64,000 nt of DNA, taken from positions 1-64,000 of IMG/VR virus record IMGVR_UViG_3300023110_000024; one strand, given 5' to 3'. Position numbers and translations under genes: made by a program. Within the stretch, counting starts at the first letter, position 1. Each line of letters starts with the position of its first letter. Below the pieces are notes generated by a model. The model was not told the DNA's origin, ran no database searches, and saw only the letters and a list, made by a program, of their open reading frames with translations. Below are positions 21,601 through 30,101 of this stretch, one piece after another. This stretch comes from a virus.

Positions 21601-21775
21601 TAGATTTTGATTGCTCAAATTTTTGTGCTTGGGAATACCCTGCTTCAATTTGTTCAAATGTAGGATTGGCTGGCAGTGAATCAACTATACGTTGTATTTC
21701 AGCATCTAAAACTTTACCGCTGCCAGATTTCCCTTCAACTATTGGACGATGTATTGCGTAGTCCGACTGTTTCAT
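15668..21775 (-). CDS. giant 2035-aa low-complexity protein with a C-proximal hydrophobic segment (putative internal/ejection protein)
   Basis: Uninterrupted ORF; Arg-rich repeats, Pro-rich regions, coiled coil, LGIAIVATSAAIGAVPGAAFGLAIW segment. Confidence 0.7.
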   Translation of the reverse strand: MKQSDYAIHRPIVEGKSGSGKVLDAEIQRIVDSLPANPTFEQIEAGYSQAQKFEQSKSSWGKSPAGAASFSDNYYGRIARKLGVKAFFYAGQNAITKFFGSKAPAVAYSNLKGTGAGIDLDDSDKASAERLNDLGVLHPEAADYYEIELNRSAPQPEPELEPQEKKPKEELPPAEVPVVQRPVNQNSTTVSAKTNTEPVAAKAEDDGCPQFFMARSGLKFKIYLSEPGKEAGDPYFDKELSFDEARKAVSELNANIDCTIPSEEAVSNAVNAAALPAILAAGLVGRKRVNGATPEKKPPERLRADPPEKPLKNRPPEELDSKRKKKMIHGEDPWSEKRVATGRSDGKNPKPDPKPDPNRRPMSRQNTFDYDPKAEQDWRRRNRLNQRRRNLSRTSNPDEIGRRNADWETRRKQNLRVDANRGRTRASNPDEAGRRAADFETRRKQNLRVDANRGRTRASNPDEAGRRAADFETRRKQNLRTNTRMGRNRASSPEEIARRADDINTRKLNRLSKLTSPSSVAGSHQRLGGKRYAGYDSNYNKWDNARKDQFRQRPEASKKTDISKSRLGSADDLARRNAAAYDGSNPDTELANRYRTNDVGPKYRRTPDRLKAGVGSSASPNHADELAGQLDPEELRRQNAARKAQQFLKNPKPNNPLSKYNDVTPSGSSIKEPIVRPTPHGPQQPLRNDQIKKTGGKETIKTSSNDGYGERKPIWQTGIDDASRERAIAKSQQFLKNPNENPLSKYDDVTPSKNTPIEFDKEGPGKSGVARQGSGDVDDTLRTKTTDPSKRPVPVNLDDPGALRGEKPVKPALPKEPIITPASTKSKKAEMPTAQQLRLGNQIPAPAQSVSGGGITPATHRPIKIDINSNTPVKVLQALDPNKMPELPKIEHNAQHKLLLGILDGADNPPDGNLEKYLNDMRASMKNINPKLLDDITDLTKLYVSKINVGGLPEASKTNLKQVTAGLISNNSTYTNGGFMDELKNFEINVDTRLPRPNAKLEPISKESKPLTSGEIDLERYRNSATVLSGDDLASWIQQNGVTRNNIPFELVDPKVTKTEELLNIFQAKDSTLNKSLTSDAGQEALERLTHGQIKPQEFAQSIEVTWKDKNAPKFVANAMQGSTIDLDKLEKAMGQANISKTLAAHTPNNRPVDGSTFGSSLETNLSAAENAAIARKQEQLLAMQKHEREMRRLMQNAEGESMRAYTAYEKAMAAEQAARKKYIEDAQKLGAEGREEAARARRTAAYEREIAQLQADTNKAATAYWNSVKNSPNSEQLQQSVEREMRDAKTFPETGTAPAGDKSAELTKQANTEFDNIQQRKLAEPDPSPNFDPKSQLTVEPEPSTPAAEIQAQADKIAAMNGQSPPSSTQTKYTVGDKKMVNGAEYEWLGAQWRNNTTGKMATSTVAQQLNSPTTPLKTATIPQKADAQMQQALSDLGVANSEQPGTINQRNITPKDGELQKPTSSSMAGPETNTMAGTTQDAINKAGPGKLIPVSEENKNTWGEFKEERKAIDERTSGGNFEERKKNLTDADRAQADRLGVKDAKELDELEGGRDEQKKLDTAINKGTAKIEAQRKEIEAGANSESLEKQHKANVSKSLPSSREIAERLAKMPKSVATSIAKKLGIAIVATSAAIGAVPGAAFGLAIWALDLLDVYDIVVLMVAAGWIDDTNEELMALREKDLEKIDAYLRNDDTSDDDKRAYVARMLQYDSVSAFNPKWWFGGLEQWKNDITGGRVFNNKWAKENFMGETYGGGGFAVTVSKPNAETGKDEPVEMPLTPFNIHKLSVVRDVPKQPRTSGDMREFRKRVESIARRWKQGPYYFINIDKNGGLQVLSKTFKDIRNEPNNQVFAEGHPIIIGSNETTAPAGRYDARNAPTVDLSQGALGFGMVDPNKMTDAKYALQEVLDNYDGYFLTDNYNQIIQNIKNPNDRRYVDDIFNGRASGVVGIKVEMARFLATEAEKQYERVKAINPLAYKDERADAHEEFILRRLSSGHYKEETTESHKIILYRKMKKLTERLNTYRNAKYFITGR
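20341..20553. repeat. 96-bp tandem repeat (two identical units plus partial/degenerate flanks)
   Basis: GATTTTGTTTTCGTCTAGTTTC starts at 20341, 20437 and 20533; encodes KQNLRVDANRGRTRASNPDEAGRRAADFETRR. Confidence 0.9.
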
Positions 21776-21777
21776 TC

Positions 21778-22281
21778 TTAATTGCTTTCACCTGTGGAAA
21801 AATTTACTGTTCTTTCTTTACGGGCTACTTCAAGTTCTTTGAGTAAGTCCATTACACGATTGGCTCCTACTTGATCCTGTGCTGATTCTCCACCAAGCTC
21901 TGGATTAGTAATAAGAGGCTCGTATGGTTTGTCCTCATCTTGCTTTGTATATTCATCCATAGGATCGTATTCATTGCGAATGCTTAGATGCGATTCTGGA
22001 AAAGGAACCTCATCTTTAATAATATTAGCCAATATCTGTGTAGTAGTAGGATAGTTTAGCTCAATATCAAAGTGTGTAACTTCTACATTGCTTAGGCGTG
22101 GAAAGTCCAATGGAGTTTCAGTAATAGGTGTTGTTTTAGCTTTTTGGCATTTAATAACCTCAAATTTATTTAGACAGCCTTCTAGCTTTCCTTCAAACCC
22201 TTCAGGTAGCTCTCCTGCTGCCCGTAATTTGAAAACATATGTTTTCTTAGTTTCCATTAAATAATCGTTAAAGTGTTTCAT
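21778..22281 (-). CDS. hypothetical protein, putative head protein
   Basis: N-terminus MKHFNDYLME; preceded by GATAAATA and AGGA RBS. Confidence 0.7.
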   Translation of the reverse strand: MKHFNDYLMETKKTYVFKLRAAGELPEGFEGKLEGCLNKFEVIKCQKAKTTPITETPLDFPRLSNVEVTHFDIELNYPTTTQILANIIKDEVPFPESHLSIRNEYDPMDEYTKQDEDKPYEPLITNPELGGESAQDQVGANRVMDLLKELEVARKERTVNFSTGESN

Positions 22282-22301
22282 AATCAGATTCCTCGTTTCT
22301 A

Positions 22302-22799
22302 CTATTTATCAATATTTTTTAGTTTCTCAATGAGGCTGTTTCTGTCACTTACTACAAATCCTTCAGTCTCAATTACTCCTTGCGCCTCTTTAGGCTTAGT
22401 GTCGTGATCCAATTTGTCCTTTTTTAGTTGTAGCTCTACCATCTTTATCTTTTTATCTAGCTTTGCTACCTTGGCATCTAAATTAGTCTTTAGCATTTGT
22501 CCCGCTACTTCAAAGATGCGCGAGCTATAACGGGACTCTACGTTCATACCTAAGTCCATTAGATCATCATAAGCGTCCATGCTACGTTGTGCTACCTCGT
22601 CTAATTCAGCATCAGCAGCATCGCCCAAGCCTTTTACTTTAGGCAACGCTTCTGTAATTTTGTCAAAGTCTGCTACTTTACGGAGAGTATCATTCAACTC
22701 TTCTTTAGTTTTTCGTTGTTTGCGTTTTGGTTTGGCATCCTCTTGAATGATTTCCTGAGACTCAGGAAGATTCAAAAGTTCCTCAAGTTTTTTTGTCAT
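22302..22799 (-). CDS. probable terminase small subunit (gp16-like)
   Basis: Helical protein with RIFEVAGQMLK resembling the T4-like gp16 RxYEV motif; C-terminal SDRNSLIEKL. Confidence 0.5.
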   Translation of the reverse strand: MTKKLEELLNLPESQEIIQEDAKPKRKQRKTKEELNDTLRKVADFDKITEALPKVKGLGDAADAELDEVAQRSMDAYDDLMDLGMNVESRYSSRIFEVAGQMLKTNLDAKVAKLDKKIKMVELQLKKDKLDHDTKPKEAQGVIETEGFVVSDRNSLIEKLKNIDK

Positions 22800-22813
22800 A
22801 TATACCTTTTATT

Positions 22814-23254
22814 TTATTTAGTGTAACGTCCGGTGTGGAACATATCATTTTCGGTTACTACACGAAATGTCATTCCTTGTTGTTTGCAATATTGTCTAGC
22901 AACTTGCCATTTAGCTTGATTGACTATTAGGTGCATCTGATTTCGTTTGCTTCTGCCAACTCGTTCTTGTATTGCTTGGTTAGCAGGTTTGACTTCTATT
23001 AATTCTGTTTTGACGTTGCCTTCTTTGTCTTGATACTGTATTAGAAAGTCTGGTACATATACGGTATGTTTTCCTGTAACAGGATTTTGGTATGGTAAGC
23101 GTATTGGTTCTGAGGACCATTTTGTTACTGAGGTGTGATTATCACAGAAGCGCATAAATTGCAATTCCCAACCACTGCGATATGTTGGTAATGTGTTACC
23201 TAGGTATTTGTCTGGATTTGCGAGCTGATATCTGCCCTTAAGATACTTCCCCAT
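22814..23254 (-). CDS. gp4: head completion nuclease gp4-like (TnsA-type PD-(D/E)xK)
   Basis: NPDKY, YRSGWE, WSSE, YVPDF, LIEVKP, NQAKW, FRVVTE. Confidence 0.9.
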   Translation of the reverse strand: MGKYLKGRYQLANPDKYLGNTLPTYRSGWELQFMRFCDNHTSVTKWSSEPIRLPYQNPVTGKHTVYVPDFLIQYQDKEGNVKTELIEVKPANQAIQERVGRSKRNQMHLIVNQAKWQVARQYCKQQGMTFRVVTENDMFHTGRYTK

Positions 23255-23741
23255 CGTTCTGCGTCAATAATATTTTTTGTCCTTGCACAATACCTATTCT
23301 TTGATTTGAGGTATTAGATACGGCGTTAAAATTTAATGCTGATAGTTTGTCAGGATTTGTAATAGTATCACCGATATTTCTTTCTTCATTTTTCATAGTT
23401 TTAGGTTTTTGTCTAAAACCTAACTGAGAAATTTTATCTCTATTTGTATTAAGAATTTTTAAAACAATATTGTTTAGTTCTAGTTTTGTATATCCTTTTA
23501 ATGAATCTAATAATTTAAATATTTTTATATTTTCCATTTTAGCTTGTGCTAATAATACTTGTCCAATAGTAGTGGCAGATGACTTATCAAAGCCACGCTT
23601 TTCAAAAAAGCCAATCACTGCATCAAAATCATTAGACGCAAATTCTAATCTTTGTTTGAATTTGTTATCAAAAAATGCTATAATTTTTTGATCATCTGAT
23701 AAAGAGCTTTGTGGTAAATCTGTTCGTGCTACTGCTTCCAT
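23238..23741 (-). CDS. hypothetical protein
   Basis: Coupled ORF in the tail/head operon. Confidence 0.7.
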   Translation of the reverse strand: MEAVARTDLPQSSLSDDQKIIAFFDNKFKQRLEFASNDFDAVIGFFEKRGFDKSSATTIGQVLLAQAKMENIKIFKLLDSLKGYTKLELNNIVLKILNTNRDKISQLGFRQKPKTMKNEERNIGDTITNPDKLSALNFNAVSNTSNQRIGIVQGQKILLTQNDGEVS

Positions 23742-24925
23742 TAATCATCTCCAAAAAATCCGCCTTCGCCGCTTACTACATTATCATATAGTCCGCCAAG
23801 TCCTTCATTAACCATTCCGCCTACTTCTTGCATAACACCTGCTTCTGTTAGTTTTCCAGCATTTTTCAAAATATTTACACCGCCAATAATAGCACCTAAT
23901 ATATTAGGTGATTTTGGAACTCCGCCTTTAGTATAATCAAATAACTCATTTCTTCCATCGTCGCCGCCGCCTCCGCCGCCGCCAGTAAATGAGTTTATAA
24001 TATCACCTGCTCCTCCAATGATACTTTTTAGACTTACGCCCCCGCCACCATATATACTATTTGGACTTGGTGTTACATCATAATGTGTAAGATTTCCAAA
24101 TCCTTTTGGTGAAGTTCCTGATAAACCTTTGCCTGCTTGTGTAGCACCACGCTCGATCCATACAGTCTCATAATTGAATGTTGCTCGCAATTCATTTACA
24201 CTATTATCGTTACTCGCCGCATCACCAAAATCCCAGCCAGTAAGTATTGGATTGATTATTTGAAATTGTGTATATGTATGGCGAGTCATTTGGCTAATTT
24301 GAATGCTTTTGAAAAACGGATTCTCAGCACCAGCATTTAAACCGTGTAGTGTTTTGTTCATAGCAGCATTTTTATAAGTATTGTCTCCCAGCCTCATTGC
24401 ACCTGATAGTGCCATCTCTTCTGCTTGTGGGTTATATATACTTGCTGCGCCTGTTCCAGTAGCAGCTCCTGGAAAGTTTTTATTATAAAACGTAGATACA
24501 ACATCTTTCCAACCATCGGCATAATAATATTTGAAGTATGCCTCAAGCATACCTGTCATCATACCTAAGTTATCATCATGGAAAGTCATATCAATAGCAT
24601 TATAACGAATGCCTGTTTGGACGTGTTTAGTTCTGTTATATTTCTTTTTAGTCTCTATGTCAATCTCCATAGCAGGAAGTCTAACAGATTTAACCATCAA
24701 GCCAGACTCTAAAGTATGTCGATCTTTCCAAGTTAACAGAATTTTGTCCATAGTGTTTGGTGAAAACTCAAAAAACACATGGTATAAGAACTTTACTTTA
24801 GGTGCTAATCTAAACTGATTAGCAACAAAAGTTCTAGAGGCATGACGATAATCAGCTAAATTCCCTTTGGGATTTAGAGTTCCACTGATTAGATTGTCAA
24901 AAAATCCGTTAAAAATATTGCTCAT
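23741..24925 (-). CDS. tail-tube-like baseplate/tube initiator protein (gp48/gp54-like)
   Basis: VKSVRLP...YNAIDMTFHDD...ATFNYE resembles the tube fold; follows the tail tube gene. Confidence 0.55.
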   Translation of the reverse strand: MSNIFNGFFDNLISGTLNPKGNLADYRHASRTFVANQFRLAPKVKFLYHVFFEFSPNTMDKILLTWKDRHTLESGLMVKSVRLPAMEIDIETKKKYNRTKHVQTGIRYNAIDMTFHDDNLGMMTGMLEAYFKYYYADGWKDVVSTFYNKNFPGAATGTGAASIYNPQAEEMALSGAMRLGDNTYKNAAMNKTLHGLNAGAENPFFKSIQISQMTRHTYTQFQIINPILTGWDFGDAASNDNSVNELRATFNYETVWIERGATQAGKGLSGTSPKGFGNLTHYDVTPSPNSIYGGGGVSLKSIIGGAGDIINSFTGGGGGGGDDGRNELFDYTKGGVPKSPNILGAIIGGVNILKNAGKLTEAGVMQEVGGMVNEGLGGLYDNVVSGEGGFFGDD

Positions 24926-24940
24926 AGTATTTCAATATAG

Positions 24941-24958
24941 GGGGAGAAAACTCTCCCC
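24941..24958 (-). terminator. GC-rich hairpin after the tail tube gene
   Basis: GGGGAGA-AAAC-TCTCCCC, perfect 7-bp stem. Confidence 0.55.
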
Positions 24959-24964
24959 AATATA

Positions 24965-25594
24965 TTAGATACCGCCACCTGTAGCAAGAGTGCTAATAGT
25001 TCTACCAACATTAGTTCCAATACCGCCAGCCGAAATAGGCGACTGAATTGCGTTATCAAATCTAATAGTCAATGCTATTTGCACTACATCTGAGGTAGCG
25101 TAGTTCAGCGTGTTGTAGTTGGCACTTTCCAAAAAGCATCCGTAAAGTTCAAAAGTTTCCAATACAGTTGCTGCATGTGCGCCATTACCACCGTCAAGTA
25201 TTTCGATAGTCATTGTAAACTTATAATCTAAACCTGAGGCAGCACTTGATTGCTCATAGAAATCTAATTGTTTCTGTAGTTGCTCGCCAACAAGTTTTTG
25301 AACATTGTTGTTTACATCTTCACGCAAGTTAACTGAAAGTGATTCCCAGCTATGCTTGCCTGCTAAATTTACCTTTGAGTTGTACACATCGACTGTGATA
25401 GGCTCAAATGATACAGAAGGACGACTAACATCAATTACTTGTTTTGTCAATTCTGTTGTTGGAGTTGAAACTCCAAAGTTGTTAAATGTTACCCTAAACC
25501 GATATTGTAGTTTGGGCATCAACAGCCCTTGAGCGCTGGGCGAATCGCCCGTCGCTAATGGTACTGTCATTCTTGATAATGTTGCTATAGACAT
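24965..25594 (-). CDS. gp19: tail tube protein gp19-like
   Basis: PKLQYRFRV, RPSVSF, AGKHSWE, FELYGCF, IRFDNA; directly after the sheath gene. Confidence 0.85.
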   Translation of the reverse strand: MSIATLSRMTVPLATGDSPSAQGLLMPKLQYRFRVTFNNFGVSTPTTELTKQVIDVSRPSVSFEPITVDVYNSKVNLAGKHSWESLSVNLREDVNNNVQKLVGEQLQKQLDFYEQSSAASGLDYKFTMTIEILDGGNGAHAATVLETFELYGCFLESANYNTLNYATSDVVQIALTIRFDNAIQSPISAGGIGTNVGRTISTLATGGGI

Positions 25595-25627
25595 CTAAAT
25601 GACTCCTAACTATAAGTATTTATGCTT

Positions 25628-28600
25628 TTATAAACCTGCGATTTCGCCAGTATTTTTAATCCTAATAGGAATGTAAATAAACTCAATTGCTTTGACAGGC
25701 TCAATAGCTATATCTACATATAGTTCGTTCCTATCAATCCTTGCGGGAGTGTTATTGGATTCATCACATACTACAAGATAATCATACAAAGCTCTCAAAC
25801 CAACAAGTTCAAGTAGCATAGTTTCTACTTGTTGTTTGATCTCATCACGAGTAATTTTATCGTTTGGTTCAAACAAGTATGGTTTAGCAAGAACTCTTAG
25901 TTGGCTACGCAAGTAAATAATCAATCGTGCTACGTTGATTCTATCAAGTGCGCTAGCTACAAGTTGTCGAGTCTTTTGTCCAAAACATACAAGTCCAGCA
26001 CCAGTTACAAATGTAATTGGGTTAACATTGTTGCTATACAATGTATCACGCATACCTTCGTTCAATGCTACACTACGGAATTCGCCTTCCTCTGTAATAT
26101 AACCTGAGCTTGTTGCGTTTGTAATGTTACCACGTCTTGTTCCAGCTGGAGCAAACCATGGATAACTAACTTGATCAGATAAAGCAATAGTTCGCATCAT
26201 CATATGACTTGCTGGAACTACTACATTGTTACCAAAGTTATCGCTTGTAAATCCTGAAGGATAATACACTGCCATATATGGATCAGTTGATACTAAACCG
26301 TTATCATTATCTTCTACTGCAAGATTTTGATTTGTTGCCCATTGTTGTAGTACCGTAGCGTTCGCCGGAAGTCTGAAAGGCGAGTCACCAATAATAAATG
26401 CTGTTAGTCCTCTGTCATAGTTTAGTGAGTTCATCTCACCAATAAGTTCTGAATAACCTGGACATGCCATTAGGTTAAACAGTTTTGATTCGTCATCACG
26501 GATCTCTTCGTTTGAGTTAACCAATGCTTGTAGTTTTTGAACTACTACTTTTCTCTGAGCTTTTCGTCCAAATGATCCTGAACCATCTACTTGGTTACCT
26601 GATTCAGTTACCCATCTGTCTCGGAAGTAAGCACCAATACTTTCATCGCCCATTGGTTGATCGTTGTATCGTGTATTCTTATCAACATAATCAATATAAT
26701 TTTTCTCATATCGTTTTACATTGAAGCCACTTCGTCGAAGATTAAACAGCAGCATTCCTTTTGGGTATAGTGCTGGATCTGGTGAGTCTGGATCAACATA
26801 GTCTGTTGTAATCATTTCAGAAATTTCACCGGGCTCATCGCTATTGTCGCCGCGTGTATTGTATCTTGCATCAGCAAATAAAATACCTTCCTCAGTTGTT
26901 TGATCTGATGTATCAACTTGGAACCATCGATTCTTTACTGGCAAGTCAGTTCTTTCTCCGTTATATTTGTATAACAACGGATAGTTTTCTAAATCGGAAG
27001 TGTCAATCCATAAATCACCTGTTACAAGAGGAGTTCCATCTTCTTGTGTTTCTGGCGCTGACGCCATTACAAGAGGACCCATTGGATCTGGTTGTAAGTG
27101 ATCATCAACATTATAGTATGGTGATGGACGTGGGCTCATTCCTGATTTTCCATCATATAAATAACCTACAAACTCGTGTCCGTTATGTACTAAAATATCT
27201 ACTTCATCTACAATAGAGTTATACCAAAGTGCTCCATGAAGTGTAGCATTTTTAATTTCTCTATTTTCAGCTTGATACTTCAATACATTCCAAAGGCTTC
27301 CGCGCATTTCTTTAACGGATGATGTGTCGTCTGTTCCTTGTTCCCAATACAAGTTTAGAGCGCCTGTGCTTCCGTTATATGGAACAAACCCAGCTTGAGC
27401 TAAAATATTGTCGCCCATTGTATTTGAATCATATTGGAATTTAATTTCACCACCTAATGAATGCTCAATTACTACTTTGTTATGAATGTTTACACGAGCG
27501 CTGACATTTGGAACATTGGAGTCATTAATAGCCGCAGCCAATAAGTTAGCATCAGTAAATTCTCCATCATAATTTGCAGTAACTAATACCCAAGGGCTGA
27601 ACTCAAGCATAGCAGCATCAGTTGATGCAATCTTAAATGAGTGCGTTCCTACTGATAATACATCTTTATTAATCTTTGCGCCAGAGATGGAAGTAGGTGC
27701 TACTGAGTCACGTCGATAAAACTTCACTGTTGCCAATGGGCGCTCATCGTTTGCTACGTTAGTAGCAGCATACAAATTGCCAGTTAGCAAGTTAGCGCCG
27801 CCACCTGCTTTATCCATGGAATATAATGCTTCTTCGTGAGAGTCATATAAATTGATATCAACATTATCCCAAAGTTTTGTAGAGTCATTCCATTTTCGAA
27901 CAACGTATTTTGCTCCTAAATTTGGAGTAGTTGTCTTCATCCATACAGATCCAGTTGGGCGTGGAAACTCGTCGTTCATTTTATACTCTGGAATATTTGT
28001 ATGTCGTGAGATTTGGAATTTTGGAATATTATAAAATCCTTGGTTAGTTGCTTCGTTGAAGTCAATACCAAGCCCTTCATCGGACATAGGTCCTAATGGA
28101 TTGTCTGTTCCTGGGATATTGATAAGCTCAATAGTTTCAATTAAGTTTCCAGCTCCGTCAGTTCCATCAGAGTAAATCTCAAGTCGTCCATAAACTTCTT
28201 TAGCACGGATATGTCCTGTTGCTACAAATGCATTTTCAATTTTTGTTACAATTTGAGCAATAGAGTCACCTGTATTGATAGTAATTGGAGTTGGTGTTCC
28301 GTTTACTACAATATTGAATGATCCTGGATTAGATTGATTGAAGATTGGATTGGCTGTAGTTCCTTTGATTACTGGATGGCTCTTAACCCATGCTGGGCTT
28401 CCAACTAATACCCAATTGCCCTCAATATTTCGATAAAAAATTCTGTTTAGTGTAGAGGTTGCTACAGCAGCATAATCGCCTACAGTTCCAATAGATTTTT
28501 TAGGAATATACCCTGCGTAACCATTTATAAAATAGCTACCAGTATTTTCAGTATCACCAACTTCATCAATTGTGATTACTTTTTTATTTTGGAAAACTTG

Positions 28601-29074
28601 TCCACCATCAATAACGGAAGTTCCTTTCCATTCTTGAATACCCCAAAGGCTAATGCTAGTATCAAACCAATATGATCCATCTGACGGATCACCACCTGGA
28701 GCATCTGCTTGTGGCTCGAGCTCATTCAAATCAATGTCTGCTCTTGTAATCCATGCTCGGTTAGCTACTCCTAAATATGAGTAGGCTGCTTGTAGTCCGT
28801 ATTCGTTTAGCTCGCTAGCATGAATTGGATTGTTGTTAATATCTGTTTTGAAGATCGGGTCGCCAAATGTATCAACCAAGTCACGTTGCGAAGTTAGCAA
28901 GTATGGAATACCTGCGTTCTTGCTCAGTGTTCCTGGAGCAACACCTGTTCCTGATCCATTAGGTTTGTTTCCAGCGGAAACAACAAAAATCATAGGTAAG
29001 GTACCTGGTTCAGCCGGCGTATAAAAACTTTCGTCAACGACAGTAACCTGTACACCTGGGGATACTAATGCCAT
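25628..29074 (-). CDS. gp18: contractile tail sheath gp18-like with large insertion
   Basis: MALVSPGVQV N-terminus; PWFAPAG..RG, RDTLY, NPI, GQKT, DRINVARL, FEPND, CDESNNTP, KAIEFIYI. Confidence 0.95.
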   Translation of the reverse strand: MALVSPGVQVTVVDESFYTPAEPGTLPMIFVVSAGNKPNGSGTGVAPGTLSKNAGIPYLLTSQRDLVDTFGDPIFKTDINNNPIHASELNEYGLQAAYSYLGVANRAWITRADIDLNELEPQADAPGGDPSDGSYWFDTSISLWGIQEWKGTSVIDGGQVFQNKKVITIDEVGDTENTGSYFINGYAGYIPKKSIGTVGDYAAVATSTLNRIFYRNIEGNWVLVGSPAWVKSHPVIKGTTANPIFNQSNPGSFNIVVNGTPTPITINTGDSIAQIVTKIENAFVATGHIRAKEVYGRLEIYSDGTDGAGNLIETIELINIPGTDNPLGPMSDEGLGIDFNEATNQGFYNIPKFQISRHTNIPEYKMNDEFPRPTGSVWMKTTTPNLGAKYVVRKWNDSTKLWDNVDINLYDSHEEALYSMDKAGGGANLLTGNLYAATNVANDERPLATVKFYRRDSVAPTSISGAKINKDVLSVGTHSFKIASTDAAMLEFSPWVLVTANYDGEFTDANLLAAAINDSNVPNVSARVNIHNKVVIEHSLGGEIKFQYDSNTMGDNILAQAGFVPYNGSTGALNLYWEQGTDDTSSVKEMRGSLWNVLKYQAENREIKNATLHGALWYNSIVDEVDILVHNGHEFVGYLYDGKSGMSPRPSPYYNVDDHLQPDPMGPLVMASAPETQEDGTPLVTGDLWIDTSDLENYPLLYKYNGERTDLPVKNRWFQVDTSDQTTEEGILFADARYNTRGDNSDEPGEISEMITTDYVDPDSPDPALYPKGMLLFNLRRSGFNVKRYEKNYIDYVDKNTRYNDQPMGDESIGAYFRDRWVTESGNQVDGSGSFGRKAQRKVVVQKLQALVNSNEEIRDDESKLFNLMACPGYSELIGEMNSLNYDRGLTAFIIGDSPFRLPANATVLQQWATNQNLAVEDNDNGLVSTDPYMAVYYPSGFTSDNFGNNVVVPASHMMMRTIALSDQVSYPWFAPAGTRRGNITNATSSGYITEEGEFRSVALNEGMRDTLYSNNVNPITFVTGAGLVCFGQKTRQLVASALDRINVARLIIYLRSQLRVLAKPYLFEPNDKITRDEIKQQVETMLLELVGLRALYDYLVVCDESNNTPARIDRNELYVDIAIEPVKAIEFIYIPIRIKNTGEIAGL

Positions 29075-29177
29075 ATTTTATCTCCTCATAGGCTTAAAAA
29101 ATAAATCGCTAACTGTATTTAGCATATACCCGTAAATCTAGGCTGTTACAAACCATCGAAAAGGACAACGAAAAGGA

Positions 29178-29185
29178 TATAAATA
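29178..29185 (+). promoter_or_regulatory. T4-type late promoter TATAAATA
   Basis: Exact consensus just upstream of ATG 29191. Confidence 0.55.
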
Positions 29186-29190
29186 TTTGC

Positions 29191-29544
29191 ATGGAACGCA
29201 AAACACGGCCCTTATGTGAGAGTTGTAACTCTCAGCCGGCAGGAATCAATTATTATAAAGAAGGAAAAGCATACTATCGCAGGAAATGCGACAAGTGTTT
29301 GCGACAAACAAATAAGACTAGGGCTCCTTTTTGGAAGCGAGCTGGCTATGAGATGAAGAATTATTGTGAGAAGTGTAGCTACAAAAGCAATCACGCAGAG
29401 CAGTTCAATGTATTTCACATCGACGGAGATCTTACAAATTGTAAAATAAAAAATCTAAAAACTGTCTGCGCTAATTGTCAGAGGATATTGCACAAAGAAA
29501 ATATTAGGTGGAAACAAGGAGATTTGATTCCAGATATGATTTGA
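29191..29544 (+). CDS. Zn-finger/HNH-like protein
   Basis: Four CxxC pairs and HIDGDLTNCKIKNLKTVCANC. Confidence 0.7.
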   Translation: MERKTRPLCESCNSQPAGINYYKEGKAYYRRKCDKCLRQTNKTRAPFWKRAGYEMKNYCEKCSYKSNHAEQFNVFHIDGDLTNCKIKNLKTVCANCQRILHKENIRWKQGDLIPDMI

Positions 29545-30100
29545 GCATATTGAGATCTCCATTGTTATTCACAATAGAATCCATTTTACTTGTAGCCCAG
29601 TTCCATTCTGAAGGATGAATATTATCAGGTATAATGTTTAGCTTTGTATAGTGCGTAAACCAAACAGGATCGTTCCCACGCTTTATACGCCAAATATTTC
29701 CTCCTAGTCCTTTAATCATATTAATTTCATTTACAAATCTTACATCAGGTATAACAAAATTTGTATCTCTATTAGATAGTAATTGCTGTTTGACTAGGCT
29801 TACCCAAATACCATCATAGAATCCTTCTCGCATACACTCTGTTCCATACAGTTGTAATACGAGTCTAGGTGTTACTTCTCTTCCTAGTTCCCTAGTCCAA
29901 AAGAAATCTACTTCCTCACGCCACGCACGTGACTCAGGTGTATCACCCTCAAGCATTTGTCTGTCCCAGCCAAACATAGCTGAGACACCATCTTTTAGTT
30001 TATCCGCGAATGAAATTTTTGTAAAGTTGTGTTCTTTGACTAGAATGTCTGCTACAGTTCCTTTGCCGGAACCAATTAAACCACATAGGCCTATTATCAT
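29504..30100 (-). CDS. deoxynucleoside monophosphate kinase (gp1-like)
   Basis: GLIGSGKGT P-loop, SFADKLKD, TPRLVLQLYGTE, IPDVRFVNE, HPSE. Confidence 0.92.
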   Translation of the reverse strand: MIIGLCGLIGSGKGTVADILVKEHNFTKISFADKLKDGVSAMFGWDRQMLEGDTPESRAWREEVDFFWTRELGREVTPRLVLQLYGTECMREGFYDGIWVSLVKQQLLSNRDTNFVIPDVRFVNEINMIKGLGGNIWRIKRGNDPVWFTHYTKLNIIPDNIHPSEWNWATSKMDSIVNNNGDLNMLKSYLESNLLVST

Positions 30101-30101
30101 T

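Noticed and set aside
15668-21775. Tape measure protein call for the 2035-aa ORF
   Set aside because: Pro-rich and largely disordered, located among head/packaging genes; not excluded but unsupported
22814-23254. TnsA-like transposase indicating a Tn7 element
   Set aside because: Matches T4 gp4 head-completion protein in a structural operon; no tnsB/tnsC or transposon ends
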